A DNA stretch of 64,000 nucleotides, taken from contig NC_043014.1 of NCBI RefSeq assembly GCF_006345805.1, forward strand, positions 6,820,001-6,884,000. The letters are read 5' to 3'. Made by a program: the position numbers and the translations under genes. Source of the stretch: Octopus sinensis. Taxonomy: Eukaryota. The notes under the pieces are model-generated. The model did no database searches, was not told where the DNA came from, and saw only the letters and a program-made list of their open reading frames with translations. Positions 62,917-64,000 of this stretch are shown piece after piece; the stretch's first letter is position 1, and each line of letters begins with the position of its first letter.

Positions 62917-63326
62917 GGCGCAGGAGTGACTGTGTGGTAAGTAGCTTGCTTACCAACCACATGGTTCCGGGTTCTGTCCCACTGCGAGGGACCTTGGGCA
63001 AGTGTCTTCTACTATAGTCTCGGGCCGACCAAAGCCTTGTGAGTGGATTTGGTAGACGGAAACTGAAAGAAGCCTGTCGTATATATGTATATATATGTAT
63101 ATGTATGTGTGTGTTTGTGTGTCTGTGTTTGTCCCCCTAGCATTGTTTGACAACCGATGGTGGTGTGTTTACGTCCCCGTAACTTAGCGGTTCGGCAAAA
63201 GAGACCGATAGAATAAGTACTGGGCTTACGAAGAATAAGTCCCGGGGTCGATTTGCTCGACTAAAGGCGGTGCTCCAGCATGGCCGCAGTCAAATGACTG
63301 AAACAAGTAAAAGAGTAAAAAGAGTA
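62917..63326 (+). mobile_element. SINE family A
   Basis: Full copy. Confidence 0.85.
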
Positions 63327-63480
63327 ACCTTTTTAATTCAGTCTCTTGTCGCTACATAAACTCAATATCTTAGCAGGACCAGTAAACAAGGGTCACCTTA
63401 GTCTGCTGGTTGCGGACAGCTGACAGTTTCCGTCATACCTAGCAAAATAAGCTGTGAGTTTTCATATAATAATAATAATA

Positions 63481-64000
63481 AAGTGTTATCATGTACATTG
63501 TTTTGTCTTGGTATAAAAGATGGGCTACAGCAAATATTCTGCTCAATACCACAGATTTGCTTGTCAGTTGTTTGACCTTAACCAGTTGAGCATGTCCCTT
63601 AGTGGCTGACGATATGTGCATCTTTGATCATAGCCATGTGTTGAGAGGGATTCTTTGGGGTTTGAATAACTCACCTCTGGAACATCATCATCATCATCGT
63701 TTAACGTCCGTTCTCCATGCTAGCATGGGTTGGACGGTTCGACCGGGGGTCTGGGAAGCCAGATGGCTGCACCAGGCTCCGGTCTTATCTGGCAAAGTTT
63801 CTGTGTTTCATTCAACATCCTTAAACAACCCTTATTCAGGGACCTTTTGAGCGGGATGGGCTACTCGACCAGAAGAAAATTCTAACTGGGCCCCACCTGC
63901 AAGGTCATGTGCTGTTTATCTTGATATGAGATCACCATGTCGCGCACATATGGTTGTCATGCATGTGCCTGGTGTACCCTTATCAGACGGGCTGTCATGA
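63481..64000 (+). mobile_element. Family D, 5'-truncated copy, interrupted by family C, running off the window
   Basis: Begins at AAGTGTTATCATG directly after (AAT)n. Confidence 0.78.
63683..63800 (-). mobile_element. Family C 3' fragment nested in family D
   Basis: (ATC)n GTTTAACGTCCGTTCTCCATGCTAGC... Confidence 0.75.

Overview
Eukaryotic, AT-rich DNA made almost entirely of repeats. I recognise no host protein-coding exon, rRNA, true tRNA or CRISPR array. The repeat families and the very long (TA)n, (GATA)n and (GAT)n tracts look like an Octopus (coleoid cephalopod) genome; this is from recollection, not a database search. Family letters A-F and H are my own labels. Contents: (i) many copies of tRNA-headed SINE families A, B and F, an RTE-type non-autonomous family C with a (GAT)n tail, and a ~560 bp family D always embedded in (AAT)n; (ii) non-autonomous Helitrons, some as head-to-tail concatemers; (iii) LINE relics (CR1/L2-type 3' ends, two RTE-type RT fragments, a gag-like ORF1 piece); (iv) Penelope-like element (PLE) fragments with GIY-YIG endonuclease, including a 2.2 kb inverted pair; (v) MITE/fold-back elements; (vi) a ~3.4 kb tandem duplication at the window start; (vii) a ~7.8 kb structured (GAT)n array growing out of a family C tail. 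The best leads are a set of minimal, probably dimeric, hammerhead-ribozyme-like motifs with non-canonical cores (CCGANGA, CUGUAGA) in several unrelated PLE-type repeats, an apparently (AAT)n-targeted retroelement, SINE arrays with an invariant junction, and the layered GAT array. Nearly all long ORFs in the track are microsatellite artefacts. Coordinates were counted by eye and may be off by a few bases.
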